A stretch of DNA of 64,000 nucleotides, taken from contig CAWBMY010000027.1 of the NCBI GenBank assembly GCA_963790005.1, forward strand, positions 3,213 through 67,212, in the 5' to 3' direction. This document shows, in pieces, positions 14,129 through 23,073 of the stretch (its first letter is position 1; each line of letters starts with the position of its first letter). The position numbers and the translations under genes were made by a program. The notes below the pieces were generated by a model. It had not been told where the DNA came from and did not search any database. It worked only from the letters and a program-made list of their open reading frames with translations. The DNA is from an uncultured Methanoregulaceae archaeon. GTDB lineage: Archaea > Halobacteriota > Methanomicrobia > Methanomicrobiales > Methanospirillaceae.

Positions 14129-14425
14129 ATGTCGTTACTTGCAAGAATGGGAACAAGTCATTGGTTGAAGCCGGTCGTGGGACTTGCCGGGCTCCTATGG
14201 TTTGGGATCGCGATCGTGTTTCTGATTTTCTGTACCTTCGCGCTGATATATCCAGCGTCCTTCGACAAATTCTTAGCGAGCATGGCCTTTCTGGGGATCA
14301 CCGCCGCGAGCCTCGCTATCGCTTTGTTTTTTCTCGACAAATATGATGTTCTTGAGAGAGAGCGGGTTCGGGATGAACGGTGGGAACGAATAGAGGCGAT
14401 GGTCAAGAAGTGGGACTTTGATTAA
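14129..14425 (+). CDS. Small two-TM membrane protein
   Basis: Two hydrophobic helices and a charged C-terminus. Confidence 0.55.
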   Translation: MSLLARMGTSHWLKPVVGLAGLLWFGIAIVFLIFCTFALIYPASFDKFLASMAFLGITAASLAIALFFLDKYDVLERERVRDERWERIEAMVKKWDFD

Positions 14426-14460
14426 GAAATATATAAATCGGGACAGGGGCAGGTTGTAAT

Positions 14461-14748
14461 ATGGCCTTTTACGATAGGTGTGGAGGCGATAGACGAGGCA
14501 TCGCCAGCAAATATCTGAATTATAGAACGCTTCTTTTTCTCTTTGTCGCAATTCCCGTTGTAGTTCTTGCAATTCTCATGTCTTATGTGATGTACCTCGC
14601 CATCAGTAACAACTTAAATACCCTAATCACGATGATTACCCCCGGCTTGCTTCTGGTACTAACTTATGGGACTCTCGCAGTTGTTATTGTCGTTATCGTT
14701 ATGCTCCTCTACGCAATCGTGAGATACGGAAAACATAATTTACGGTGA
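14461..14748 (+). CDS. Small two-TM membrane protein
   Basis: 95 aa, two hydrophobic helices. Confidence 0.5.
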   Translation: MAFYDRCGGDRRGIASKYLNYRTLLFLFVAIPVVVLAILMSYVMYLAISNNLNTLITMITPGLLLVLTYGTLAVVIVVIVMLLYAIVRYGKHNLR

Positions 14749-14831
14749 GGGGTCTCTCCTGCTCGTGGGCACGGCTCATACCCCATCTCTCGCATTATCT
14801 GTTTTAAGGGCTAAAATAAATTAGAGATATC

Positions 14832-15251
14832 TTACAGTTTGAGCATTCCCTTTTCTTTTAGATAATACCCAGGACCGGAAGTGCTGAACGATGCGGTCAA
14901 AATCTGCTCAAGCGACTTCTGAACTGGTTTGTTAGTATCAATCGCTTTTGCAAGATCCCAGAGACCTTCTTCAATCTTCTTGAAGGTCGTTTCATCCAGA
15001 GGGACTGCCGTTTCACCGGATCTAATCCGCTGGAATCGATCAAACAGGGATTGATAACTGGCGTTCAATACCAGATCTGCGAGTAAAACCTCACTTGAGA
15101 ATGCGTACCTATATGATCGGCTTGTAATGCCATAACCGGCAGAGAAATAAAAAATCTTTTTCTCTAGATTTTTTTCTTTCTCCATTAGCCCTGCGATGTT
15201 TCGCAGCTCCGTGACAAGTTCTTTTTTGAAGAATTCTGCTTGTGTCGTCAT
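14832..15251 (-). CDS. Hypothetical helical protein
   Basis: 139 aa ORF with AGGTG RBS, 8 nt downstream of the wHTH gene. Confidence 0.7.
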   Translation of the reverse strand: MTTQAEFFKKELVTELRNIAGLMEKEKNLEKKIFYFSAGYGITSRSYRYAFSSEVLLADLVLNASYQSLFDRFQRIRSGETAVPLDETTFKKIEEGLWDLAKAIDTNKPVQKSLEQILTASFSTSGPGYYLKEKGMLKL

Positions 15252-15259
15252 TCTGCACC

Positions 15260-15793
15260 TTATGTGGAGGTTGGAACCTTTTTTGTCTTCGTGGAATCAT
15301 CCATGTTCCATAAGCCCGGAACACGTTGAGCGCTTGCAGTTCCATCCAATGTCATTCTTGTCGATGGATTCGTCGGATAACCTTTCTGAACTTTCCAGTC
15401 GGTTGCACTTACCGGTTCTGGCCCCATTATCAACGTCGGCCGAGGTCTGTGGCTTTCGAGATAGTCGTGGATCTCATATAAAGTTTCATCGCCTAAAATG
15501 GACTCGATAGCCACGAGATTCAATCGCTGCGCGACTTCAACAAATGGCGAGTTCACATTTAGGGAGTAATACGTAACCGGACCTACCCGACGCCTTTTCA
15601 GAATTTTGTTCTCGACGAATTTTTTGACAATTCTTGTTACGGTAACCCTTGAAACATCTACCTCTTCAGATAATTCTGTCACGTTAAATTCGATGTCCTG
15701 CAAAGGTAATAGGAACTCCAGTAACCTCATTTCACTGGTGTTTCCAAAAACTCCTTCGAATGGTTGCTGCATATTCATCCCAACATACGCCAT
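15260..15793 (-). CDS. Winged-HTH protein with disordered C-terminal tail
   Basis: FGNTSEMRLLEFL...NVTELSEEVDVSRVTVTRIVKKFVENKILKRRRVGPVTYYSLN. Confidence 0.8.
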   Translation of the reverse strand: MAYVGMNMQQPFEGVFGNTSEMRLLEFLLPLQDIEFNVTELSEEVDVSRVTVTRIVKKFVENKILKRRRVGPVTYYSLNVNSPFVEVAQRLNLVAIESILGDETLYEIHDYLESHRPRPTLIMGPEPVSATDWKVQKGYPTNPSTRMTLDGTASAQRVPGLWNMDDSTKTKKVPTST

Positions 15794-15885
15794 GCGTTAG
15801 AAAGGGCCACGCCTTTCTATCAAATTGATATTAATATTAAGATTATTAAAAGGTTTGTAAAGAGAATTGAACACCAGTGTAAATA

Positions 15886-16179
15886 TTATTTGATAGGTCG
15901 TGTCTTACCCAAGGATGTATCAAATCCATGAAACGATAATGCCAATGTGGCTTGAGTTATATTTGAAATATAATACTTGATATCTTTCTTCCTTATTTGG
16001 GTGATATACCCCTCATTTAATAGGGTATGAATCGCATCATCAAAATCCTTTGAAAATTGTTTTTTTAAATAGATCTTTTTTATGAATTCGGAATTTTTCC
16101 CCCTTTTTGATGCCAGACATCGTCCCTGATATAGCATATTCAAGATAAAAAGTTCTTCTTCAGATAACTGGCAGCACAC
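15886..16179 (-). CDS. Small basic hypothetical protein (wHTH-like fold)
   Basis: 97 aa, Lys-rich, FDDAIHTLLNEGYITQIRKKDIKYYIS. Confidence 0.6.
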   Translation of the reverse strand: MCCQLSEEELFILNMLYQGRCLASKRGKNSEFIKKIYLKKQFSKDFDDAIHTLLNEGYITQIRKKDIKYYISNITQATLALSFHGFDTSLGKTRPIK

Positions 16180-16359
16180 AGAGTTTTATTAAATTTTTTC
16201 AATTATATCTCTTTGGGTTTACGATAATATCTTGTTTGGCTACGGATTGTCCATTCCGCTTCAGAGTGGAGAATTGTCCACAGAAACGCATGGCGGACCG
16301 ATTCCATAGAATCAAGGGACCCCCATGAACCTCTAAAAATTACTTGCAAATGGGTTTTA

Positions 16360-16653
16360 TTGCCTCGGATCCAATACGTAATTGTTCCAGACGGTGAGCT
16401 GAACGAGGCAGAACGGGAAAACCGGGTAAACGATGGAGGATTAGGTATGTTAAAATCAAATTTTGAATGGGCTGGACTTGGAGTGGGTATCTTTCTTGGA
16501 CTTGTTGGAATTTATTATCCCATTGTTTTAGATGTAGTAACCAATGGGCCATCCATTAAGGGCGAATTGGCTTTCGGTATTTCGATTGCCATATCCATAA
16601 TGGGTTGTATCGTAATTTTGGTATTATTCTCACGCGCAGAAATGAAAGCATAA
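16360..16653 (+). CDS. Small two-TM membrane protein
   Basis: Two hydrophobic helices; start uncertain. Confidence 0.5.
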   Translation: MPRIQYVIVPDGELNEAERENRVNDGGLGMLKSNFEWAGLGVGIFLGLVGIYYPIVLDVVTNGPSIKGELAFGISIAISIMGCIVILVLFSRAEMKA

Positions 16654-16745
16654 TTTTTTGCTAATTAGCATCCGACCTTCCGACGAGACAAACCGCTAAT
16701 CCATCTTTACCCTTGTAATATTTTGATCGCGCGTAAATGATGCAC

Positions 16746-17337
16746 TTACAGACAGGCCCATCCCCGGGTCTCTTCTTTGAGGGCCTGCCGTTCCGCCGGG
16801 GTAAACGAGATATTAAAATAGTGCCTTAGTGCTGTCGTCTCCGTATGCCCCTGCGAGAGCGTGATATTGATAACTTTATCCGGGTATGATGCGAGCAACC
16901 ACGATTCCCACGTCTTACGAGTTGTGCGGACTGTGATCCCGGTCGGGTTGTTGTCCTGTTCGTACCCGGGTAAGGCGGTTATGCGCGCCCGTTTCGCCCA
17001 TCGAATAAGGTTCATCTGCCATGCGGTCGGGCTGTTCGGTACTGAGGGATTTTCCAGATATGCCAGAACTGCCTGTACCTGCCTTCGAACTAAGGCAGAC
17101 ATTCCGGCTGTGTTGTGATGCCTTCGCTTTACCGCTCCTGATCGTGATAGTGTGCCGCTCCTCATCGAATATCCCGGGGTTCTCTGCGAGCTGCTTAACT
17201 TCAGTAAGTCGGAGGCCCGTGTAGAGCATGAGGTTAAAGAGTGTCAAACTTGATGGTTTCGTTATGACTGCCCGTATACGCTGCGCCTCATCAGGTACGA
17301 GGATCCTGGATGAATTGCATGTTAGCGCGGTTGCCAT
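16746..17337 (-). CDS. Minimal (catalytic-domain-only) tyrosine recombinase, frameshifted near 17085
   Basis: LYTGLRLTE (R), SGK (K), VRTTRKT (box II), SQGHTETTALRHY (H, Y); about 197 aa in total. Confidence 0.85.
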
Positions 17338-17367
17338 GATTGTTGATAGGCCTTTGTAGTATTTAAA

Positions 17368-17479
17368 GGGTTAGACTTTTGTATAAAAGTCTAACTCAAA
17401 TAACCCAGAATTGTCCCCGGATTGGTATTTTACATAATTTGTAATAAAAAGTATTACTCATGGTAAAAATTGTATTACC
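17368..17479. promoter_or_regulatory. Palindromic site cluster upstream of the mini recombinase (candidate res/lox-like site)
   Basis: GTTAGACTTTT-GTAT-AAAAGTCTAAC (17370-17395); GTAATA-N5-TATTAC (17441-17457); GGTAAAA-N4-TATTACC (17462-17479). Confidence 0.55.
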
Positions 17480-17588
17480 GGATACAACAGTTATACTTGA
17501 CTAACTCTTGAAGGATTGTGATCCATGCCTATGTTCAAGTATGTAGTGAATTCCCGAAGTGCCTTAACCCTTTCATCCTACCGCTGTT

Positions 17589-18158
17589 TTAAGCCTCCGT
17601 TCGGGGTGGCTCCTTTAAAGTATCATCGTTTAACTGAGCAAGATCCTCTTTATGCCGTTCCTGCAACTTGAACTCAATATACTTAATCGGCTGCCAGGTT
17701 TCCTTCGGTTTGTCCGGGTTCATCGCCGCAATAAGCCCCGGGTTCGACATAACGATCCCTTCTTCTTTATACTGGATCACCTGTTGAGTGAAATTGAATA
17801 ATTGTAGGGGTGTCAAGTTGGCTAGCATGGAATCCATTTGTTCAGGAGTTATGCTCTTCATACGCTTGAATATGCCCGTAAGCCAATAATTCGAGGTCGT
17901 GGTTTTTGATTCCTGATTTTTGATAATATCCTGTTCGGCTGCTCGAAGTCTCAATTCCTGAAGGTGCCGGTCATAATCCCATGCACGATCTACCCATGCG
18001 TAATCAGACGACCACCGTTTTAAAAGTGAGCAACTTTTAGCACACTTTTGGGCCACTTTCTGTATACTCCTTTCCAAACCCATGTCCCGGTACACTACGA
18101 ACGCCGCGTAAGCCTTTGCGCTCTCGTTCGGCTCCCGATCCCAGGGATGTTTAGTCAT
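17589..18158 (-). CDS. Terminase small subunit-like HTH protein
   Basis: PWDREPNESAKAYAAFVVYRDMGLERSIQKVAQKCAKSCSLLKRWSSDYAWVDRAWDYD resembles the N-terminal HTH of proteins encoded just upstream of terL in tailed viruses; helical middle and IKYIEF beta-tail. Confidence 0.65.
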   Translation of the reverse strand: MTKHPWDREPNESAKAYAAFVVYRDMGLERSIQKVAQKCAKSCSLLKRWSSDYAWVDRAWDYDRHLQELRLRAAEQDIIKNQESKTTTSNYWLTGIFKRMKSITPEQMDSMLANLTPLQLFNFTQQVIQYKEEGIVMSNPGLIAAMNPDKPKETWQPIKYIEFKLQERHKEDLAQLNDDTLKEPPRTEA

Positions 18159-18225
18159 GCCAAATCGCCGCCGTCCCAGAGAGGGATGCTATAGATGTAT
18201 GCCCCACATTTTGTAAAGAGCCCAG

Positions 18226-18336
18226 ATTACCAAAAGAAACCATGAGTAACCATAGTTTGATATTTCTAGAAAGTCTCCAAAAGGGCATTTTTTGGGAGGA
18301 TTCCAGAAAAGATATTCTATGGTTTCTTATGGTTAC
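18226..18336. other. Candidate replication origin with inverted 10-bp iterons
   Basis: GAAACCATGA+GTAACCATAG (18236-18255) face CTATGGTTTC+TTATGGTTAC (18317-18336) across an AT-rich imperfect palindrome, directly downstream of the helicase. Confidence 0.6.
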
Positions 18337-18357
18337 ATTTTCCAAAAGGAACACGAT

Positions 18358-19978
18358 TTACTCGCCTCCCTTTTTGAACCTAATCCCAAGGTAAATCTTG
18401 CGTTTAGTTCTCGGATCTCTGTCCCGTTTGAAGCCATGATCGTTCATTTCGAACCCAAAAGATCGCTGTGATTTAATCTTCTCTCCCGGCGCCACCATTG
18501 AAGACCATGTAGTGTATGCATTATAGAGGTCGGTTGTTCCGATGGTACCCTGTGGTTCTCTAATACAGCCCTCAATAAGGAAATCTGCGAGCAGATCCTG
18601 ATCCTCACGGTACTGTTGTGTCGCACCGCGCACCTCTTCAGGTTCTGCCAAGCCGTTCTGCTGGTACTCGCGAAGGCCGGTAACCATCCAGTTTAGGATC
18701 CCGGACGATTCCTTGAGCAGTTTTTCCGGTAACCGTGTATCCCTCTCGGATTCGGGAATAACCACAGAGAAAGGGATCATCTTCACCCGGGCCCATATGG
18801 AGTCCGTACTATCCGTGATCCGAGGCGCTGAATTGAACGCCCACCAGATTTTGCACTCAGGTCGGAACTCAAAAAACTCCTGAAACAGAAACCTAGCCTG
18901 TATCTTGTCGCTGCCCCCAGAGATCCGTTTTACCAAGTCTTCATCCAGTCGTTTCCCTTTCCCGGCCTCCGTTGCACTGACAAACCGAGCACCTTTCAGC
19001 GCTGCCAAGTCATTACGGACACCCTCGTTCCTGCTCACGCAAAAGGTGTTTGATTCTACCGATAGACCATACTCCCCGAGAACAGCCATAAGCGTGTTAA
19101 GGAACGTGCTTTTACCGTTGGCGCCGTTGCCATGACAGAGAAATATCGCCCGTTCGTCAGTATGTCCGGTAAGGGAATACCCAGCGGCCCGTTGAAGGAA
19201 TTCGATCAGGTTTTTGTTCTCACCCATAATTTGATCGAGAAAACCCTCCCAGGTTGGGCAGTTTGCGGTAGGATCGGTAAGTACACCCGGTAATTTTTGT
19301 GATCAGATCCTCCCGGCGGGGCACTGAAAATTCAAATGTCGTAAGGTCAAGTGTACCGTTCTTGAAATTGATCTGATCCAGGTTTGTATCCAGTTTGTCC
19401 GGTGAAATTGCGTGGGCGCTTTGAGCGAGGTCGATCATGGCGTCGATCTTGCTACGAGCCTGAGAACTAATTGCCCATCGGTATAACTCACTCTGTTCGA
19501 CGTTCCCAGTAGCCGTTCCCGCCTCGTCATAAATGCGGATCACGGTATCTTTTGCCAGTTCCCGGATAGTACCCAGATCGTCCCGTCGCCAGCGGCTCCC
19601 GTCCCAGATATACCAGCTCTTGAATGCCCGGATGTACAAGCAGTTAATGCCGTGCCTTAATGCGAACCGCTCACTATTACCTAAATCCGTCTTGAGGTGG
19701 TCCCGGCACAAGGGGTTTTTCCTTTCCTGCCGACTTTTTTCACGTTCAGGAAAGATAAGCCGGTGTGTGATCGGGTCGTGCCGCCACACTTCCGGCTCGA
19801 ACGTTGGAATAGGTGTTACAGGTAATTCTGCGAGTCCCGGTTGATCTGCCATGTGTTCGGCCAAGGATCTATCTATGGCAGCGATCATGGATTCAGGAGT
19901 CTTCGTGTCTGTCTGGACGGCCCTGACCGGGCATGGTTTCCGCCATGCTTCATCCCCTCGCATTCTGGGCGTCATCAA
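18358..19978 (-). CDS. P4/D5-family SF3 helicase (D5_N + ATPase + wHTH), frameshifted near 19270
   Basis: TDLGNSERF...WYIWDGSRW, INFKNGTLDL (D5_N); HGNGANGKSTF Walker A; LKGARFVSATE; ARFLFQEFFEF; WARVKMIPF. Confidence 0.93.
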
Positions 19979-20096
19979 TTACCAATGCACCCGCCCTTTG
20001 CATAAACGATAGCGCGGTGTTATCGGAGATCCCGATAGACCGGGCCCATGCGATGACCGCTCCCTTATGGAATATAGGCCGTTCATCGTCGTTCAA
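19950..20096 (-). CDS. Small 48-aa protein between the wHTH and helicase genes
   Basis: TTG start overlaps the upstream stop (TTGA); MNDDERPIFHKGAVIAWARSIGISDNTALSFMQRAGALVIDDAQNARG. Confidence 0.45.
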   Translation of the reverse strand: MNDDERPIFHKGAVIAWARSIGISDNTALSFMQRAGALVIDDAQNARG

Positions 20097-20326
20097 GCCG
20101 TCACCTCATCACTTACGCGGGGAAAGATAAGCCGCTGTCCATCTTCGGTTACCCGCTCGGAGAGTTTACCGCGTGCAACAAGTTCTCCTATGCGGTTGCT
20201 GATGTGCTGCTGCCCGAGGTTTACCCCGGTTTTTTGCAACCTGCGTGCGATCTGCCTGCGCATGAACCCCGGGTTTTCAAGAACGAAAGCCAGAATCAGC
20301 GCTTCCAGTACAACATTCTTTTTCAT
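20093..20326 (-). CDS. Small winged-HTH protein (candidate Xis/AlpA-like regulator)
   Basis: ILAFVLENPGFMRRQIARRL...ISNRIGELVARGKL. Confidence 0.7.
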   Translation of the reverse strand: MKKNVVLEALILAFVLENPGFMRRQIARRLQKTGVNLGQQHISNRIGELVARGKLSERVTEDGQRLIFPRVSDEVTA

Positions 20327-20618
20327 TCATTTTTCCTTGGAAAATAGAATAATACTGGGGGGAAGGGTTTTATTGCACTAATGGCCACATTGTTGTGGGG
20401 TTTTACCTTCCGGAGAGTGTTCCACCACTCCCTGTATTATTATTCTCCACTGAATTATCCTAATCGAAATGACTTATAATTTCCTGTTAGGATGCATTTT
20501 GGCCTTAAATTTTAAAAATACGTCATAAAAATCGTTAGATTTGTTGTCTACACAGTATACAACATTTATACAAAACTTCAGACGATAAAATCAAGAAAAA
20601 AATATTCTATAATTGTTA

Positions 20619-21780
20619 TTAAACAATAGGTTTATTCGCTTCACGTTCAAGTTCATCCGCAAGCATTCTTAGTTTATCGGGACTCTTTGCGAACCGCTTG
20701 ACTTCGTCGATCTCGCTTTCCGCATCTGCTGTTAATGAACGTCCGCACCGGATACAGAATTGAGCCCCTGGCACATTGACGGTCAAACAGTGAGGGCATT
20801 GTACCGGCTTCATGCTCGGACCTTTCGGTCTCCCTACACGCTTAACCCCAGCCTTCCCTAGCAGGATATCATCAATCCGATCATTGGACAGATGAGTATA
20901 GGTTGCCATCATGGGCGTTGCGATGTTGCCCCATGCCTGTAATTTGATCACACTCTCAGGAATCTCTTGTGCAACCATAGCCGTTATCCGGCTATGTCTG
21001 AGGATGTACGGGAACACTCCTTTAAGGTTCACGGCCTCTGCTGCTGTACTTATGATTTTATCAAAATACTGACGGGACAGTATTTTACCCGTACCCGTGA
21101 CGAATACCCTCGCGTTCATCTCAGGTATGCCCGGGTGGTAGTCCGCTTTCCATGCTGCAAGATATGGAGCATACTGGATAAACCGTATGTAACGGGGTTT
21201 GCCCGGTTTTCTTTGACGTATTGAAGATCGCGCCGTACTGGTCGAACTTTAACTGTTCCCATGTGGCCTCCCTTACTTCGATGGGTCTCAATGCCCCCTC
21301 ATACATGAACGCGATGAGTGCCCTATCCCGGGGATTCCGACAGGATCGGATCATCTGGTCTATTTTTTCCTCCGGAATCATCTGGGATGCGGTCTTTGTA
21401 GCCTTGTCTGCCGAGGGGGGTTTGATGCTATCCAGTTTTTTAATGCTGATAGTTGTATTGTATTTTTCATTTAAGAGCCAATAACAGAACTCTTTGAGGT
21501 AATAGATCCTTAACCGCCGGGTGTTTTGTTTCCATAGAGGTTCCACGGCATTGATCGCTTTGATAATGTCTTGAGTCATACACTGTTTGAAGGGCCCGGT
21601 CAAGGGTGCAAACTTTGAGAGCCCCTTCGATGTAACCAGCGCGGTAGATTCGGTGATGTGCTTTGTGGCTTTCCGTTCTTCGCAAAACTCGCAGATGAGA
21701 TCAGCATCCTCCCGACAGAGGATCCCGGCCTTTACCTGGTTATCCAGATATGTACCGGGATTGATGATCTTGTAAGGCAT
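20619..21780 (-). CDS. int: Tyrosine integrase with C-terminal Zn ribbon, frameshifted
   Basis: RDRALIAFMYEGALRPIE, SKKTG, PYILRHSRIT, QAWGNIATPMMATYTHL, CPHC..CIRC; starts 48 bp from the att core. Confidence 0.93.
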
Positions 21781-21824
21781 GAATGATTATTGGGAGTAAA
21801 AGAATACATAGTTACCCCCATTCA

Positions 21825-21890
21825 GATTCGGCAGATGATGAAAGTTACCCCCACTGAAACGATGATGATGCAGGGGACTGATGCCGCATC
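21825..21890 (+). ncRNA. Box C/D 2'-O-methylation guide sRNA, rebuilt at attR
   Basis: C ATGATGA 21835-41; guide AAGTTACCCCCA; D' CTGA 21854-57; C' ATGATGA 21862-68; D CTGA 21878-81; terminal stem GAT(T)CGGCA/TGCCGCATC; T-rich run follows. Confidence 0.9.
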
Positions 21891-21906
21891 GTTCTTTTAA
21901 AAAAAT

Positions 21907-23058
21907 TCAGTTGAAGAGGAACGACAGGAAGTCGGTTGCCTCTTTTGTCCCGAACATTCCAGACTGTGCTTCTTTCTCGGAGAACTGCGTGAGATTATCC
22001 GTTCCCTTCCCCGTCACCACGAACGGCACCGGCTCGCGGGAATGCGTCTTGATCCGGATCGGCGTCGGGTGATCCGGGAGGACGGCAACAACGCCGTCAA
22101 ACTCTTTCTGTATCGCGCCCACCACCCGGTCCACGTTCTCGATCGCCCGCACCTTCTCCTTGATACTTCCCGCGTGCCCGGCCTCATCCGGGGCCTCGAT
22201 GTGGACATAGACAAAGTCGAGGTGTTTGATCGCGTCGAGGGCATACCGCGCCTTTGCCATGTAATCCGTGTCGAAATATCCCGTGGCTCCGGGGACGGTG
22301 ATGATCTCCATGCCGGCGCAGCGTGCGATCCCATTTAAGAGATCCACTGCGGAGATCATCCCTCCTTTCAGGCCATATTTCTGGTTAAAGGAGGGAAATG
22401 CCGGGTGCCGGCCCCCGCTCCACGGCCAGATCTGCGTGGCCGGGGGTTTTCCCGCTTTTATCCGCGCCACGTTCACCGGGTGATCGCGGAACACTTCGCG
22501 GCTCTTTGCCATGCAGGAAAGAAGGAGCGGCGCATCCCCGTTCCGGGGCAGGTATTCCGTGATGGGCTGGCCCACGATATCGTGAGGTGCGGTTGAGTCA
22601 GCCGCCGACCCGTGCGGGACAACAAGGAGGTTGCGGTAGCTGACCCCCGCCTTTACGGTGACCCCGGGCACATGGGGGGCAAGCGAGGTAAAGAGCGCTG
22701 CCCCTTCTGCACTTGTGATGTGACCGGCGGAAAAATCCGCCATCGTTTCATTGTTAACCGTTACGATATTGCACCGGTACGCGACATCGGTGGGGGCAAG
22801 GTCGATTCCCATGCTCATCGCTTCGAGCGGGCCCCGTCCAGTGTAGTACTTCTCAGGAGTATACCCGAGGATGGACATATTTGCGATATCGCTCCCCGGC
22901 TCGAACCCGTCGGGGATCGTATGCAGCAGTCCGCTGGCGCCTTCCCGTGCCATCCGGTCCATATTAGGGGTCTGTGCATATTCGAGAGGAGTCTTCCCTC
23001 CCAGCTGCGGGATCGGCTCGTCCGCCATGCCGTCCCCGAGAATCAGGATACACTTCAT
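21907..23058 (-). CDS. apgM: Cofactor-independent phosphoglycerate mutase (archaeal type)
   Basis: GDGMAD, KTPLEYA, GSDIANMSILGY, EAPDEAGH, PDHPTP. Confidence 0.95.
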   Translation of the reverse strand: MKCILILGDGMADEPIPQLGGKTPLEYAQTPNMDRMAREGASGLLHTIPDGFEPGSDIANMSILGYTPEKYYTGRGPLEAMSMGIDLAPTDVAYRCNIVTVNNETMADFSAGHITSAEGAALFTSLAPHVPGVTVKAGVSYRNLLVVPHGSAADSTAPHDIVGQPITEYLPRNGDAPLLLSCMAKSREVFRDHPVNVARIKAGKPPATQIWPWSGGRHPAFPSFNQKYGLKGGMISAVDLLNGIARCAGMEIITVPGATGYFDTDYMAKARYALDAIKHLDFVYVHIEAPDEAGHAGSIKEKVRAIENVDRVVGAIQKEFDGVVAVLPDHPTPIRIKTHSREPVPFVVTGKGTDNLTQFSEKEAQSGMFGTKEATDFLSFLFN

Positions 23059-23073
23059 AAAAAAATCCCCTTA

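Larger units (their letters stand above)
10264..21849. mobile_element. Element B: integrated PICI-like virus satellite / integrative element
   Basis: att cores at both ends; integrase directly next to the right core; D5 helicase, TerS-like gene, second recombinase; AT-rich cargo. Confidence 0.88.

Noticed and set aside
20542-20564. Imperfect palindrome TGTTGTCTAC-ACA-GTATACAACA between int and the wHTH gene
   Set aside because: Single copy far from a start codon; it could be an operator but there is too little support to call it.
10264-21849. Complete provirus, casposon or pipolin
   Set aside because: No capsid, portal, TerL or Cas1 gene; the polymerase has PolB2 motifs and operon context rather than protein-primed or primer-independent PolB features.
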